The position numbers and the translations under genes were made by a program. Positions 47,121-59,611 of a stretch of DNA of 64,000 nt are shown piece after piece. Where the stretch lies: assembly GCA_012026655.1 (NCBI GenBank), contig JAAILG010000762.1:1-64000 (forward strand), given 5' to 3'. Within the stretch, counting starts at the first letter, position 1, and the number at the start of each line of letters is the position of its first letter. The notes beneath the pieces are model-generated. The model did no database searches. It saw only the letters and a program-made list of their open reading frames with translations, and was not told where the DNA came from. This DNA is from Hydrolagus affinis (taxonomy: Eukaryota).

Positions 47121-49845
47121 TGAATGGCAAACAATATAGTTTTAGTTGGTTAGACTCTAGCAGTACCCCAACGCTTACTCTAGATGAATCTGCATAATTT
47201 TTTTCCAGAATTGGATAAGCCGTTTGCATCCTTTCAGAGAGAGACTGCACATTTCACTCCAATAAATACCTCAGAAATCTCCAGATATAGATGGGATGCA
47301 TGGAACGAAACATAGTGATGGGCTTCCACATGTGTTAGACATCCATTTGATCAGAAAAAATCATACAAAAAGGACCATTCAGTTCACCAAGACTGCTCCC
47401 CTCCATTGTAGCTTTTTTTTTACTCTAATCCCAATTTCTTCTTTCTCTGTAAAATTTTATATTGTTTCCTTTCAAATGCTAAATCGATATTACCTTCAAA
47501 TACTCATCCAATATCTGTTTCCTCACACTCGGCATTTTGTTGGCCCATGAAGGATGAGTTAATATGCTGGACTGGCTAACAAAGGTAGTTCCCAGAGATG
47601 CCACCCAGCATGAAGGACGCTGTTGTTGTTGTTTGTAGTGCAGTGAGGAGAGACTCTGTAAGGAAAAAATAGGAAGGAAAATTAAATTAAAAAAACTTAA
47701 TGACTCTTATTACTTGTGAGAAAACTGCACGATATTCCAAGAGTCTGTTTGTCAATCATCTCATGGCTTTATGACATATCAATGTTCTATTTCTATAAGA
47801 AGCATTTGTCATACTCAATGTACATTTTGCCAATTTTGCATCTAACACAAAAACAGCACATCAATGAATGTGGATTCATTGCCTATAATGAAATATTATT
47901 TCTCTTTCTCCACAGTAATACTCTGGAAGAAAGATTTGTTCTAGTTAATATAAACCAGAGGGACACATACACAGGGTGCAAAGTGCCTACAAGGGGCCAA
48001 GCTGATTTGAGTATCTGGCGCCATCTTATGCCTGTTTTACTTATTGCAGCCCAGTTTTCAGATGAGTTGAATTGGCACTTTTTCGTATTGTGGAGTTTTA
48101 AATATTTCTAAAATTTCGTTTTTTGTAATAGCGAGTACTAGCGCTCCATTTATTTCTAGAAACATAAACATGAATGGTAAAAGGATACATCGCACATGAT
48201 TAGTAATTGAAAGCTTAGCTGTAATTCATGCAGGACATATAATGGTCTATTTAAACCAGGTTCTTTTCTGTTGCTAGGCTACTATTGCTTATGTAATTCA
48301 TCTGTAATTGGATACTAAATAGTGACCAACTGCATTCTACTATGTATTATGTCTGACTGATTACGAAGACTACTGTGACGTGGCAACTCCACATTTAGTC
48401 AACAACAACAACGAAACGACACAGAATAACAAATGATTAATTTGATTCAGCATTATCAAAGTATCCTACATCCACAATATTTGTAAAACTTTTTAACAAA
48501 GCAGACAACCCAATGTTGGACAAAGCACCGGATCAGTGCAGTGATGTGCTTTTATCTCCTGGAGCAAATACCAGAGTTACTTTAGCAAAGGCCTACACTT
48601 GAATGTGTTATTTTGGCAGCTTTGAAACTGACCATGGAGGAAGTTCAGCAAAGCTGTATTCATGGAATATTACAGCTTCAGCAAGTAGAAACAGCAACTT
48701 GACCGGGATATTTACTGAGGAAAGCAAAAGAATGGAGAAAAAATGCCACCTGTTGGACACCAAATGTCAATGCACCATTGTACGAGGCCCCTGTAATTTC
48801 CTCCAGACAAAGTCAGGCTTAAGGTCAGACACAAATTCAAACTGAAGGCCACCACCACTTAAAAACGTGTGCGACTGCTTCAAGGGTACAAAGATCCCTG
48901 CGACTTTGGATCCTCCATAAATCTTTCCTTTCATTGGCGCTTTGCACTGCTGGCTGGTGGCCACCCCGTTTCTTTTTTCTTGATTTATTAACTGTGCTGC
49001 ATAATGAATGGGATAAGAAGTCACTGAAGGAATACTCTTAGGACTTTGATAACCCTCGCTACTGTTACTGAGAGTTTCCATGGTGTGTTGTGCCAGCTAG
49101 AGGCAGAGTGGCAACCCAGGGAAATCTGTTACTTGCTCTCTGGACCTTAGAGTCTTTTGTTAGCTTATTACTCTTTTTTTCTGGCAAAATCTGGAACAGT
49201 AGCAATTGTGTGTTGGAGTATAATTCACCATACGTCAATATCAAATTTATTTGGAATGAAGCGACACGTCAAAGACTGAGTGAATTTGTTTTCACTTTTT
49301 AAGCCTCAAGGAACTTGAAGAGGCCAAGAATACATCATGCGGTGGGCGGCAGATTGATGAGGAGAAAACAACTGGGAACTGGAAACATCATTTGTAAAGT
49401 GCTAGTTATTCATTCTGACATGTGTGGATTGTTACCAGCGAAACAATCTGTTTTAACTGGATCAATCCAATTGTAGATTAATTGTATATTCATGAAATCA
49501 GATTTCTGCTTCCTTTTTTTCTTTTGCAAGAAATTAAAACATTTCACCCATGAATAAAGACTTATATTTATTGCCAGATTCTCTTACCTGAGGTTCACTA
49601 TTGCTTTTTTCACAAATGAAAGCTGATTTGTGGGTAGTCCTGCAGATTAACTCTTATTAAAACAACACTTTACAATGTTCAAAATGTTCTTTGAGGCATG
49701 TTGACAAATAAGGAGTCATAAAAATGTACATTCTTTCTTCCTGTATAATCACCAACCATCTCTTCAGGCTCTCTGATAATGATGATCTTGGAGACTGGAT
49801 CTCTGATTGTGAAGGAAACTAAAATGGCTGTCAAAAATGTAACCA

Positions 49846-49955
49846 TAATAATAATCCTTACATTTTATATAGCACCTTTCACATCTTCTAGACTTCTCAA
49901 ATCACTTCACAGAATATAATGTAAAGTGAATTGATTGTATATTTGTGGTCGAAAT
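49846..49955 (-). mobile_element. SINE tail
   Basis: Antisense of the shared tail (ataataatccttacatt...cttcacagaatataatgtaaagtgaattga). Confidence 0.8.
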
Positions 49956-51479
49956 GCCATTTGCAAATAAAACCATCAATATCTCTCAGGTTACATAACA
50001 AACTGCATTCACCAGCCACACTTTGCTTCACGAATAAACAACAAGAAAATTACATTTGTATAGCATAAACTGAAATTAGCATAATGTAAAATTAATATAA
50101 CAAAATTAACTATATACTTAACGAGCTATGGATGTTGGACTTACTGAGAGCACTCCTGACAGCTCAGTTGCAAACCCTAACTATCCAACACCTTGGGATG
50201 TCCTCCAGATGTGAAAGGCTGTGTTAATGTAATTTCGCTGCTGTTGTTGTTTTATTAGTGCATAACATGACATCAGAACAAACATGACAGGGACACAAAC
50301 ATGGCATGTCAAGATCAGACAGAGGATGAATCATCACTTTCATTATATCCAAGAGAAAAGTTTTGTTTTTCCCTTTTTTCATTTGAAAATATAATATAAT
50401 TTAACTACGGGGATGTAATGGTATAGCAGTAATCGCCATAGTTCATCATGTGACTCGATGTGCATGGTTGCCGTGGTGCGTTGCTAAGGCTGTTTGCAGC
50501 CCAGTGTTCAAGCAAATCATATCAATGGCATCAGACTGGTCATAGGACCATTTCATTGTCCTATGTTCTTGAAAGGACATCTATCTTGAATCACCTTGTA
50601 CAACATTTTCCTACAAACGTACTGTAATATATCACTATCACTATTAAGAGACTTTTTTCAGTGTGCATTATGTATGCTGGGATTAGCCCAGCACAAATAA
50701 GGGGCTAGATGTTTTTAAACTTTAATGGTAATATTATAAACAGGGCAGTGTTCTCTAGTAAGTTGCTGTCATTCTGTGGTGTAGTTGTGTGCTTCTGAAA
50801 ACTTTAAACTGAGATCTCCGAGGTGATTGTCCAAAGATCTTACCAAATGTTCATTCATATTCACTTACGTTAGTCAGAATTTCACTGTCATGTTTCTCAA
50901 AGGGCTACAGTAAATCCCACTATAATCCACATTTCAAACTGCACAATAGTTCCCAAACAGAGCGGAATAACTTTTACTGGGCTTTATTAAATCAAGGAGC
51001 ATTTGGAATTAACCTGTTAAATTGAATGAAGTTGTCAACAAATGAAAACAGTCGCATATAGAAGTGAGCAAAAAATGGGCAGAAGTGACACCAGGAGATA
51101 AGAGATGTCCTATAACAGCTGTTGATAGCTGTAAGTATTGAAGTGGGAGAGATCAGGGCAAGAAAATAATAACTGGCAGCTGCTACAGACTGTTACTCAA
51201 AGTGAAAGGGCCGATAAAGGCAGTCCAGGGAAGGAAGCCAGGCTGCAGGGAATCCTATTGTCATAATTATTGAGTGGGGAGCAGTTAAATGTCAACATGC
51301 TGAAGTAAAAATGGACAAACTTGGGACAACAGAAAGGAAAGGCTGAAGCCAGGGGCAATTTTATGGAGGTAAAAGCTGAATTGTATTCAAAATAATAATT
51401 GAAGGAGGTTTCTTCACTATTGTACTTTTATATAATTGGGGAGAACACCGGAACCAAAGTGAGTGAATACTCCAGTTCC

Positions 51480-52430
51480 TGCAATCACGAGTTTTGGATG
51501 ATCTGCAACTTGTGTAGTGAAGAGTTGAAGAGGCCGACAAGGAGAGAGTTTCCATAGTTGAGCCTTTAGGTGACAACAAATGCATGTATGAGGGTTTTAG
51601 CGACCTGAGGAGTGAGGCAATCGAGGAGTCTGGCAATATTGTGGAAGTGGTGAAAGGCACTGTGGCTCATGGCATGGATATGGAGGAGAAAGGACAGTTG
51701 AGGGTTGAACAAGATGCCCAGGTTTCTGGCTGGCTTGGTAAAGTGAAGTGTGTATCCATGGATGCTGATGCTACCAATTTCTGAGGTACGGAGGCGCTAG
51801 TGTGAACCAATCAGAATACCTCGGTTTCAGCTGTTGTTTCTCATCCAGGACTTGATATCTGACAGGACACTAGTTGTCCTAGAATCGAGAGTGAAGGCAG
51901 AGAGATACAGTTGGGTGTCATCCACATACATATGGAAATTTACCTAATGTCTGCAGATGAAGTCAGCAAGGGGGAGCCTGTAGAGGTTGAAGAGGAGGGG
52001 CAGAACGTGAGGATGATTCGATAAATCTGAGTTATTTGGGTTTTTCAGAAACCCTGAGGAACACCACACAAGTAATGCGGTGGCTGGAAGAGAAATTCTT
52101 AGTGGAGACAATTTAGAGACGACGTGAGAGATAAGACTTGATCAAGTCAAGGTCATAACCTTGAAGATTGAGGTGAGAGGAGAGGCACTGGAGTAGTCCA
52201 CGGTGTCGAAGGCAGCAGATAGGTTGGGGAGGATGAGGAGGCAGAGGGAGCCCTGGTCACAGATGGGCAGGATGTTGTTTGTGACTCAATCAGAGCAGCT
52301 TCGAAACCCAATTGGAGGGGCTCATGTAGGGAATGGTAGGAGAGAAATGAGCAAAGCAAAATTGTGAACCAAGTAGAGTTTTAGAACAGGAAGTAGATAA
52401 TAATGTGAGCAGAGTCAGCGGGGTTTGGCA
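51480..52430 (-). pseudogene. Decayed L2 RT fragment carrying a 50-bp foreign insertion
   Basis: Minus strand includes ctgccttcgacaccgtggac (AFDTVD), ggtgttcctcaggg (GVPQG) and tatgtggatgacacccaactg (YVDDTQL). Confidence 0.85.
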
Positions 52431-53940
52431 TTGAGGAGAGATCACCTGGAACAGATACACTGTGTTCTCACCATTTACACTCGTTTTTGTGGTCAGCCAG
52501 GTGTCTGACACATGCAAAAACCTATTACTATTCTCACACTCTCTGGTAAGGTGAAAGCAGGGCTGTGTAAATGTCTGCTCCATTTGCTTACATTCAACAT
52601 TTTAAACTTGATGTCTGAAAAGTAATTGATTAAAAACATTTTAAAAGGATGTTGACAGGCCACCTTTCAGCTTTTGATTTTAGGAAGGGGGCAATTGTCC
52701 TATCAACTGTATTCTAACATTACAAATTTCATCAACACTCAGAAGTTGATGAAATAGATAAATAGATATTTCTCCATATATCTTATGGAGCTGATTTAAC
52801 TTTTATGGACAATTTAATAACATTTTTGCTGATATGATTTCAGGACAATTATGGACAGTGTAACTCTCTGCTGCTCCCTTTCACTGCTCTAAAGAGGCAC
52901 CTATGCCTCAGTAAAAATGAACCTTGCATTTTTCATACAGCACCCATAATGCAAGATCAATAACATACAGTATTCACATAGCACCCTTCACATCATATGG
53001 CGTCCAGGTACGCTTCATGGAGTTTGAGTCAAATGCCAAATGGGGGAGTAGTTGAAGGGAAGGGGAAATGTAAATACAGTCAAAGAGGCAGGTCTTTAGG
53101 TGTTATTTGAAGACAGATAGTGAGGCACATCCTAGTGGGATGATATAGGGATTGGAGCATAGATGCTGGTACAGTATATTCATAACACTAAAATGTTTGA
53201 AAGAGCTTCAAGGGCAATTGAGGTCAAGTGTAGTGACTGCATACTTGTAGATAAACCTAAGGGCCAACTTACACACTGCAATGTCCAGCAAATAGCCATC
53301 ACGTGAATGATCAATTAATATGGAGGATTGTTCACCAGAAGAAAGTACCTTCTCTTTTAGATCTAGAACACATGAAGTAGATAGGATGTTAAGGACAATA
53401 TAAGCCCTTTCGAGGGTCAGGATTGGAAGGGTTGGGTAGAAATATGATGCAGGGTCAGGAAATGATTGATGTGGTCAATTAATTCTGCCTATCAGTCTTC
53501 ACAAATAAATTGTGTGGGTAAATTCAACTATGGTATATGACAATTGTCAGTTGATCTGCAGATATCTGCATGATATCTACACCAGATGTAGAGGTCAGTA
53601 GGCATTTTAAACAATCCAAAAAGTAATATGCTTACAGAGCACCTGGACTAGATGAGAAGCTCATAAGAATATTCAGGAAAAGAAAATAAGTAAACAAATA
53701 AGTAAGGCCATATTTAATATATTATATAATATATTATATATTAGCAATATCCTCACAATCAAAAGACTACTAGATTCTAGGACGGAAACCAATTAGTCCA
53801 ACATTTATCATGTAGCCTGATCAATATTCATACAAAGGGCATGAAAACCATTAGTAATGCCCCACAAAGCAACTGGAACCCTTTCAAATTAGAACGTGAG
53901 GATGATTCGATAAATCTGAGTTATTTGGGTTTTTCAGAAA
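52002..53940 (+). repeat. Perfect 50-bp direct duplication (52002-52051 and 53891-53940)
   Basis: agaacgtgaggatgattcgataaatctgagttatttgggtttttcagaaa is identical at both sites. Confidence 0.95.
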
Positions 53941-54190
53941 GCGTTTTATGAAGTTTTGATTGTTGATACTTTTTAAAAAATAAATAGGGAGGATCATGCA
54001 TCTAATGGCAAATTGGCTATCTAAAATTACAATCAGTCAGGTAATATAATTCAAAAGGTACCAATCAGTGTGAAGGAGTACCTATATTTGAGAAGTAATA
54101 TTAGAAAATCTGCTAATAGGGTCACGATACATGGTGATTAATATAAAAAGACTTTAAATATTCAAAGAGATTTGGATAAATTAAGAAAAA
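53885..54190 (+). mobile_element. Very old CR1 RT fragment
   Basis: tatttgggtttttcagaaagcgttttatgaagtt resembles YLDFQKAFDKV; aattggctatct resembles NWLS; attcaaagagatttggataaatta resembles LQRDLDKL. Confidence 0.6.
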
Positions 54191-55496
54191 TCCACAAAAC
54201 AGCAGAATAGGACGCATTTATAGTAACGATAATAACACCTGCACTTGATAAGGAACCTTATTATGTTGTCGAGCTTTCTCAAAGTGCTTGTAAATTGCAT
54301 ACATTGTAAAGTACATTGACTGTATTTTGTGAGTGAATAGTGGCAGCCAGTTACACACAGCAATGTCTGACAAACAGGCATGGAGTGAGTCACCATTTTT
54401 TTATTTGGGGAATTGTTTGTTACCGGGAGAAACTCCCTTCACATTCTAACGGTATCTTTAACATTCACCTGAAAACGTCAAATATTTATGTTAAGTATCT
54501 CTGACTGTCCATTAACAAGAATTGTAAAGGAAAGGAATTTGCTATCAATGTGAAGTTGGAAGCAAATAAAATAAAGGTTTTATAAAGCTATGTGGAGTTG
54601 CTGGTACAGAGTAGACGTGACACACACTGTGAAACTGGATTGTAGCCAAAAGAGGTTCCTGGCACTCAGCAGAAACAGCTTCTCAGTAATAGTACCTAAC
54701 TATTTTACAAATCTCATTGCACATCTCACAAATTAAACCACATTATTGTTTACATCTGTATACTCTGTTCAGAAGTGTGTCCTCTCTGGCAACATTTGGA
54801 ATATTTTAAAGAAATACGGTGAAACTGAGTCCCATTACTGATGCCATCACACCACACAATATCCTGTGGACTCAGTATATTCTGTGAAGCACTCTGAGAT
54901 GTCTTGAAGATGTAATAAGATGCTATATTAAATGCACGGATTATTATTATTATAATTATTGAGAAAGATTGCCTTTTAGCCTCAGTTCTGGTTTGCTTCA
55001 GAGGCTGAAAGATTGGCCTAGAGGAAGAATAATCAATTATTCACTAATAAATATATATTTTTGAATATGTGGAAAAAAGATAAAATCCAGATCTTGGTTC
55101 AGCAGTATAAAGCAATATTTATTTTGCTTATTTATTAAACATATTTAATTTACATACAGTGAGAAAAAGAAATGTTCCAACAAAGTCATGGCTGCTAAGT
55201 ATCACAGGTTTATCTGTCAAATTGCAGTTTTACTATTGTGCTACCACAGATTGGAGTGATTATTTCCTGTACTGAGCCTTTTCAAAGGTAATGAAAATAA
55301 ATAATATAATTGATAATACAAATGTTTTGTTTTTCTATTCAAAACAACATTGTGCAATTATACTAAGTGCTGCTATTTTCAAGGTTGCCTAAATGCTCTA
55401 ATGGTTCAAATAACCACAACAAGACTTTAGGGTTTAGTTATCTTAGTGCAGTGCAACCTTTCCTTGCCTCTATGCAAATGTAAAGCAAAGGACATA

Positions 55497-56084
55497 CAGT
55501 TAACCCTCGGCAAACGTAACTTTCTCGATTGCGAATTCAACTATATGCGCAGAAAAAAAGCGAGACTTTTTTGCGTAACGTGCGTAAAACTTATGTATAT
55601 GCGTTGGCTTGCCCCGCGTGCATGCGCACTTGGGAGGAGGTCGACCCCGTGCAATGCACTCTTGGGAGGTTGCGGGCCGGCCCCGCGCGCATGCATACTT
55701 CAATGGGATTTTAGGCCGATGATTCCTCGGCCTCGGACTGTTACAAGAGCGGAGAGAGTGATGAGCGATGAGATCAGGGAGAGCGGGGAGAACAACGAGA
55801 GCAGGGAGATCAGGGAGAGCAGGGAGAGTGGGGAGAGTGATGAGAGCAATGAGAGCGGGGAGAGTGAGGAGCAGGGAGAGCGGGCCAGCCGGCTGTAGCC
55901 CGCCTCAGTACATACCTTGCATTGGTCGGGTGTGGATGTGCCTGGAGGCTTGAGGTGGGTAACCTGTGGCTGGATTCCCCTAACCCTGCCCCTTTTCCCA
56001 TTACTTGTTAAGCTTACCGAACCGATTTTACCGAGTGCGCAGTTTTCCAGGAGCGTAACTCCCGCGTTCGGTGAGGGTTAACTG
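55497..56084. mobile_element. Tigger/pogo-like non-autonomous DNA transposon (588 bp), CpG-rich
   Basis: TIRs cagttaaccctcggcaaacg / cgttcggtgagggttaactg; TA on the left, CA (mutated TA) on the right; Tigger-like subterminal ttttccaggagcgtaactcccgcg. Confidence 0.88.
55748..55884. repeat. 9-bp minisatellite (GAGAGCRGG)n inside the Tigger-like element
   Basis: About 14 imperfect units such as gagagcagg, gagatcagg, gagagtggg. Confidence 0.85.
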
Positions 56085-56500
56085 CATAGTATCTGAACAG
56101 TGGTGTCAATTCTATTTATATACAAATCTGATAACAAGCAATTTCCTAATGTTGCCAAGTCACAATGTATCCTGATTGAAGTACTGTACAGTAATAGCAT
56201 AATAAGCTCTATCAGATGTACGGCTGGTTGAAAACAGCTTGCTAGTCTGTCTTGACCTACTCCATGTAATGAGACTCGCTAGGCTTTAATTCATATTATG
56301 TATGGTATGGTATGACTCTAGGAAAAGATGAGGAAAGATGAACGAACAAATGAAACCTTAGGCCATTTAATCAACAAAAAAATCATATGTGAATAATGAC
56401 AAGCAAGCAGTGAAAGAGCACAGGACAGAACACGTCTCCTCATGAATACAGTGCATGAATAATATGAACTTCCACATTATTATCCAGATGGTAATATAGT

Positions 56501-56825
56501 GTGGAGTCCTGCAGCTTAGTGGTTAGAGTACAGTACTCACCTCGCAAGCGAGAGGACCTGGGTTCGATTCCTGGCAGTGTGGAATCTTAGGCAAGTTTTC
56601 TTACTGCACATGCCTCTGTTTTGCCTAGCAGTTGGTAGGAACCAGGTTGTCGAATGGCAGATCACTTTTCCAGAGGAAATAATATATTTTTAAAAATCTG
56701 GTCACTCAATCCATGACTGTTTGTGAAACACAGCTATGCACAATTGGCTGTGCATTTCGTCTACAAAATACACAGTGAATTCACAACACAATATATTCCA
56801 TGAAGCACTTTGAGAGGTCACCAAA
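56501..56825 (+). mobile_element. tRNA-SINE, long CORE form
   Basis: gtggagtcctgcagcttagtggttagagt...gggttcgattcctggcag...gcctctgttttgcctagcagttggtaggaaccaggttgtcgaatggcagatcac plus body. Confidence 0.88.
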
Positions 56826-56984
56826 ATGTTTACAAGAAAAATATGAAAATTAATCATTTCAGAAAACTGTTCATTGATACCCAATATATTGACAAAGAGA
56901 GACTTGAAATGTTTGGAAGTCATACAGCCTAGGCTGACAGTCTAATGCATTACTAGGGGTGCACTGCATTTTTGGAGGATCCCT

Positions 56985-57209
56985 TTTCTTTCCAAATAGT
57001 GCATTGGATCATTAACACCCACTAAAACAGCAGATGGGGCCTTAGTTTAATAGTTCACCCAAAGATGTCAGATGTGAAAATACAGCATTCCCCAGCACTA
57101 CAATGGAGCATCAGCCTAGATTATGAGTTCAGTGTTCCAACGTGGGCCTAAAACCCACAACTTTCTGATTTAGAGGCGAAAGTGAGACCAATTGAGCCAG
57201 GCTAACACC
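56985..57209 (-). mobile_element. DeuSINE head and Deu domain
   Basis: aaatagtgcattggatcattaacacccac...ggggccttagtttaa...tcagcctagattatgagttca...aacccacaactttctga...tgagccaggctaacac. Confidence 0.8.
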
Positions 57210-58499
57210 AAGTGAGAAAGACTGACAAAATCTCTATGATTTAAATTTGTTTCATAGATTTATTTCTCTCTTTTTATCATCTATGGTTCTTTTATAGGGA
57301 CCACTTTACCGTTGTAGCTCCTTCAGTGATCATTTCATTTATCTAGGATTATTAAGCTGAATTTACTGTTTGGTTTTGCTCCAGAACAAAATGTCAAGTC
57401 CACAGTCGTGTGTGCAGTAGCTTTTCACTGGAAGAGCTGAACAGATCCTCGAAAAGCTTGCAGCAGTTGATCTTTGGATAGAGCAAAAAAAAATCCTCTT
57501 TAGAAGATCAATATTCATCCCTTTTAAGCTTTATGTGAAACTGGTGGATTTGTGAGATGTAATACTGATGTACATCTAATCATTGAAAATCAGCAAGAGG
57601 CTTTTAGAGCAGTATCAGATTCTCATTCAGGAAGGATTGTAATAGTTGACTGCTTTCTTCAGAGCTGGGCCTATATTCAATGTTTGCAGTAGGTTTGTAA
57701 TGTGCATATAATTGTCTTCTTCCTGCCATTAAGGTCAACAAAACAAAGTAAAAGAAATACCCAGCCCATATACTGTATCCACACTCTGTCATCTCCAAGA
57801 AGACAAGCCCCATGTTAAATGTTTAATGTGTCAAATATAATGGAGAAGAGGCAGATCTATGTGCAGTGTGTATGCATAGAACTGTGAAGTAGGATATGTA
57901 CATGGTTATAATTCCTGATCAGTTCTGAGTTATAATTCATCTAACCCCGTCGTTAAGGTCTTGGAAGATGTCTTCCACTGAAATACATATGAGAGATTTT
58001 ATTTCAGATAATTGATGAATGGAGTCTGGCTAGAACTCTTAAGGTTTTGATTCACGCAGTTCACTAAGTCCTCTAATATTGCAGTCTTCCTAATGTGCTC
58101 ACAATTTGATATCTGCTCATTTTGTTAGGAAAACCCCGTGGAATTTAAATCATCTTTAAATAAACAAACTTTTCATGTTGCGCACCATGGTCTGAATGAT
58201 CCATTACGGAGCGATGATAACCTTCTCCTGAAGCTCCACTGGGGTATGAGACTGAGAGAGTTGCTGGGATCATGCAACAATTATGCAAACGTTCTTTGAT
58301 GTTTAACCTACAGAGCCAGAGGAAACATTGCTTAAGCCGACTGTTTAGAAGGTTTTTAAGAGTTAATCCACTTTACGGTACATCCTGTGAAGCGCTTTGA
58401 GGTGCCTCGACAACGTGATAAGGCGTTATATTAAATGCAAGCATTATTATTATTTTGTTTTGGGATTATGAAGGCAACTTTAGACCTCAAGTGTAATAA

Positions 58500-58852
58500 T
58501 AAATAATAATATTCCTTACATTCAATGTAGCGCCTTAACGCATCATTAAACCATCTCAAAGTGCTTCACAGGATTTTACTGTAAAAGGTAGCAACTCGTG
58601 AACATGGTGGCAGCCAATTTGCAAACAGCAATATCCCTCAGGCAACCATCAAGTGAATAACCACTTTTATCTGGAAGATTGTTAACCAGGAGAGTAAGAG
58701 AAACTCCCTTCTTCTTTCATATATTAACAACCACCTGAACAGGCAAATAGGACCTCTGTTTAACATTCCATTCAAAGGACGGCACCTCTGACATTGTAGC
58801 ACTCCCCCTGCATTGTATTGTAGTGTCAGCCTGAACTATGAGTTCAAAATCC
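58500..58852 (-). mobile_element. DeuSINE lacking head
   Basis: Shared tail followed by ccacctgaacaggcaaataggacctctgtttaacattccattcaaaggacggcacctctgaca. Confidence 0.8.
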
Positions 58853-59319
58853 TAACTTATAGATTCATAACGTATCTTTCTTGATGGAGTATAATGTCTT
58901 GAAACACTTTACGGAAACAGAGTGGATGCCTGCACAAGATGGAAAACTGGGAGGTAGGAGAGAGTTAACTATAGGCACAAGATTTTAAGAAGCATTTTGA
59001 AAGCAGAGAAGGGGGCCTCTGTTGAACTATAAACAAAGCTACTGCCAATGTACCACTTCCTTGAAGGACTAGAAATGAGACATTTGGCATAGCTATAGTT
59101 AGTTGCTGATAACTTGTTTGCAAATCTAAGGTGCTAAATTGACACACTGAGCTGGTATCCTTTACCACACAAAGTGCTGGGTTTCAGAGGAAAAGTACTG
59201 TGACCTTAAATAAAATCGCTGCAATTTATTGATTTGAGTGTTAAATAGAAAGGATATTTATTCACAATTGCAATCCAAGCAAGTGTTGCCATCATGTTCT
59301 TTTTTCTCTTTTTGTCTCA

Positions 59320-59611
59320 GCAGTGCTGAGGGCTGTTGCAATGTCGGAGCTGCTGTCCTTTGGGTAAGATGTTAAACCGAGGTCCCATTTGCCTGTTCAG
59401 ATGTACATTAAATATCCAACAATCCCCCCAATAAAATTTGTCACTCATTCAATGGCTATTTGTGGGACATTATCGGTGAACAACTGGCTGCCACATTTCT
59501 CCAACAAAGTTCATAGTAAATCCACTTTACAGTATATCTTGTGAAGAGCTTTGAGATGTCTCAATGACATGAAAATACACTATATCATATGCAAGAATTA
59601 TTATTATAATA
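59320..59611 (+). mobile_element. DeuSINE, internally deleted
   Basis: cagtgctgagggctgttgcaatgtcggagctg...gatgttaaaccgaggtcccatttgcctgttcag plus the shared tail. Confidence 0.8.

Noticed and set aside
48767-49081. 104-aa minus-strand ORF in unique DNA
   Set aside because: No recognisable domain or supporting splice signals; length is within chance expectation.
49773-49806. C/D-box-like motifs CTGA, ATGATGA, CTGA
   Set aside because: No upstream C box or terminal stem; too short for a snoRNA.
53715-53736. 22-bp perfect AT palindrome (similar AT runs near 30960-31010)
   Set aside because: Low-complexity (TA/TAA) sequence expected by chance.
55446-55898. 150-aa ORF with an ESGES/RES repeat tail
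   Set aside because: Created by the GC-rich Tigger-like element and its 9-bp minisatellite; no transposase motifs.
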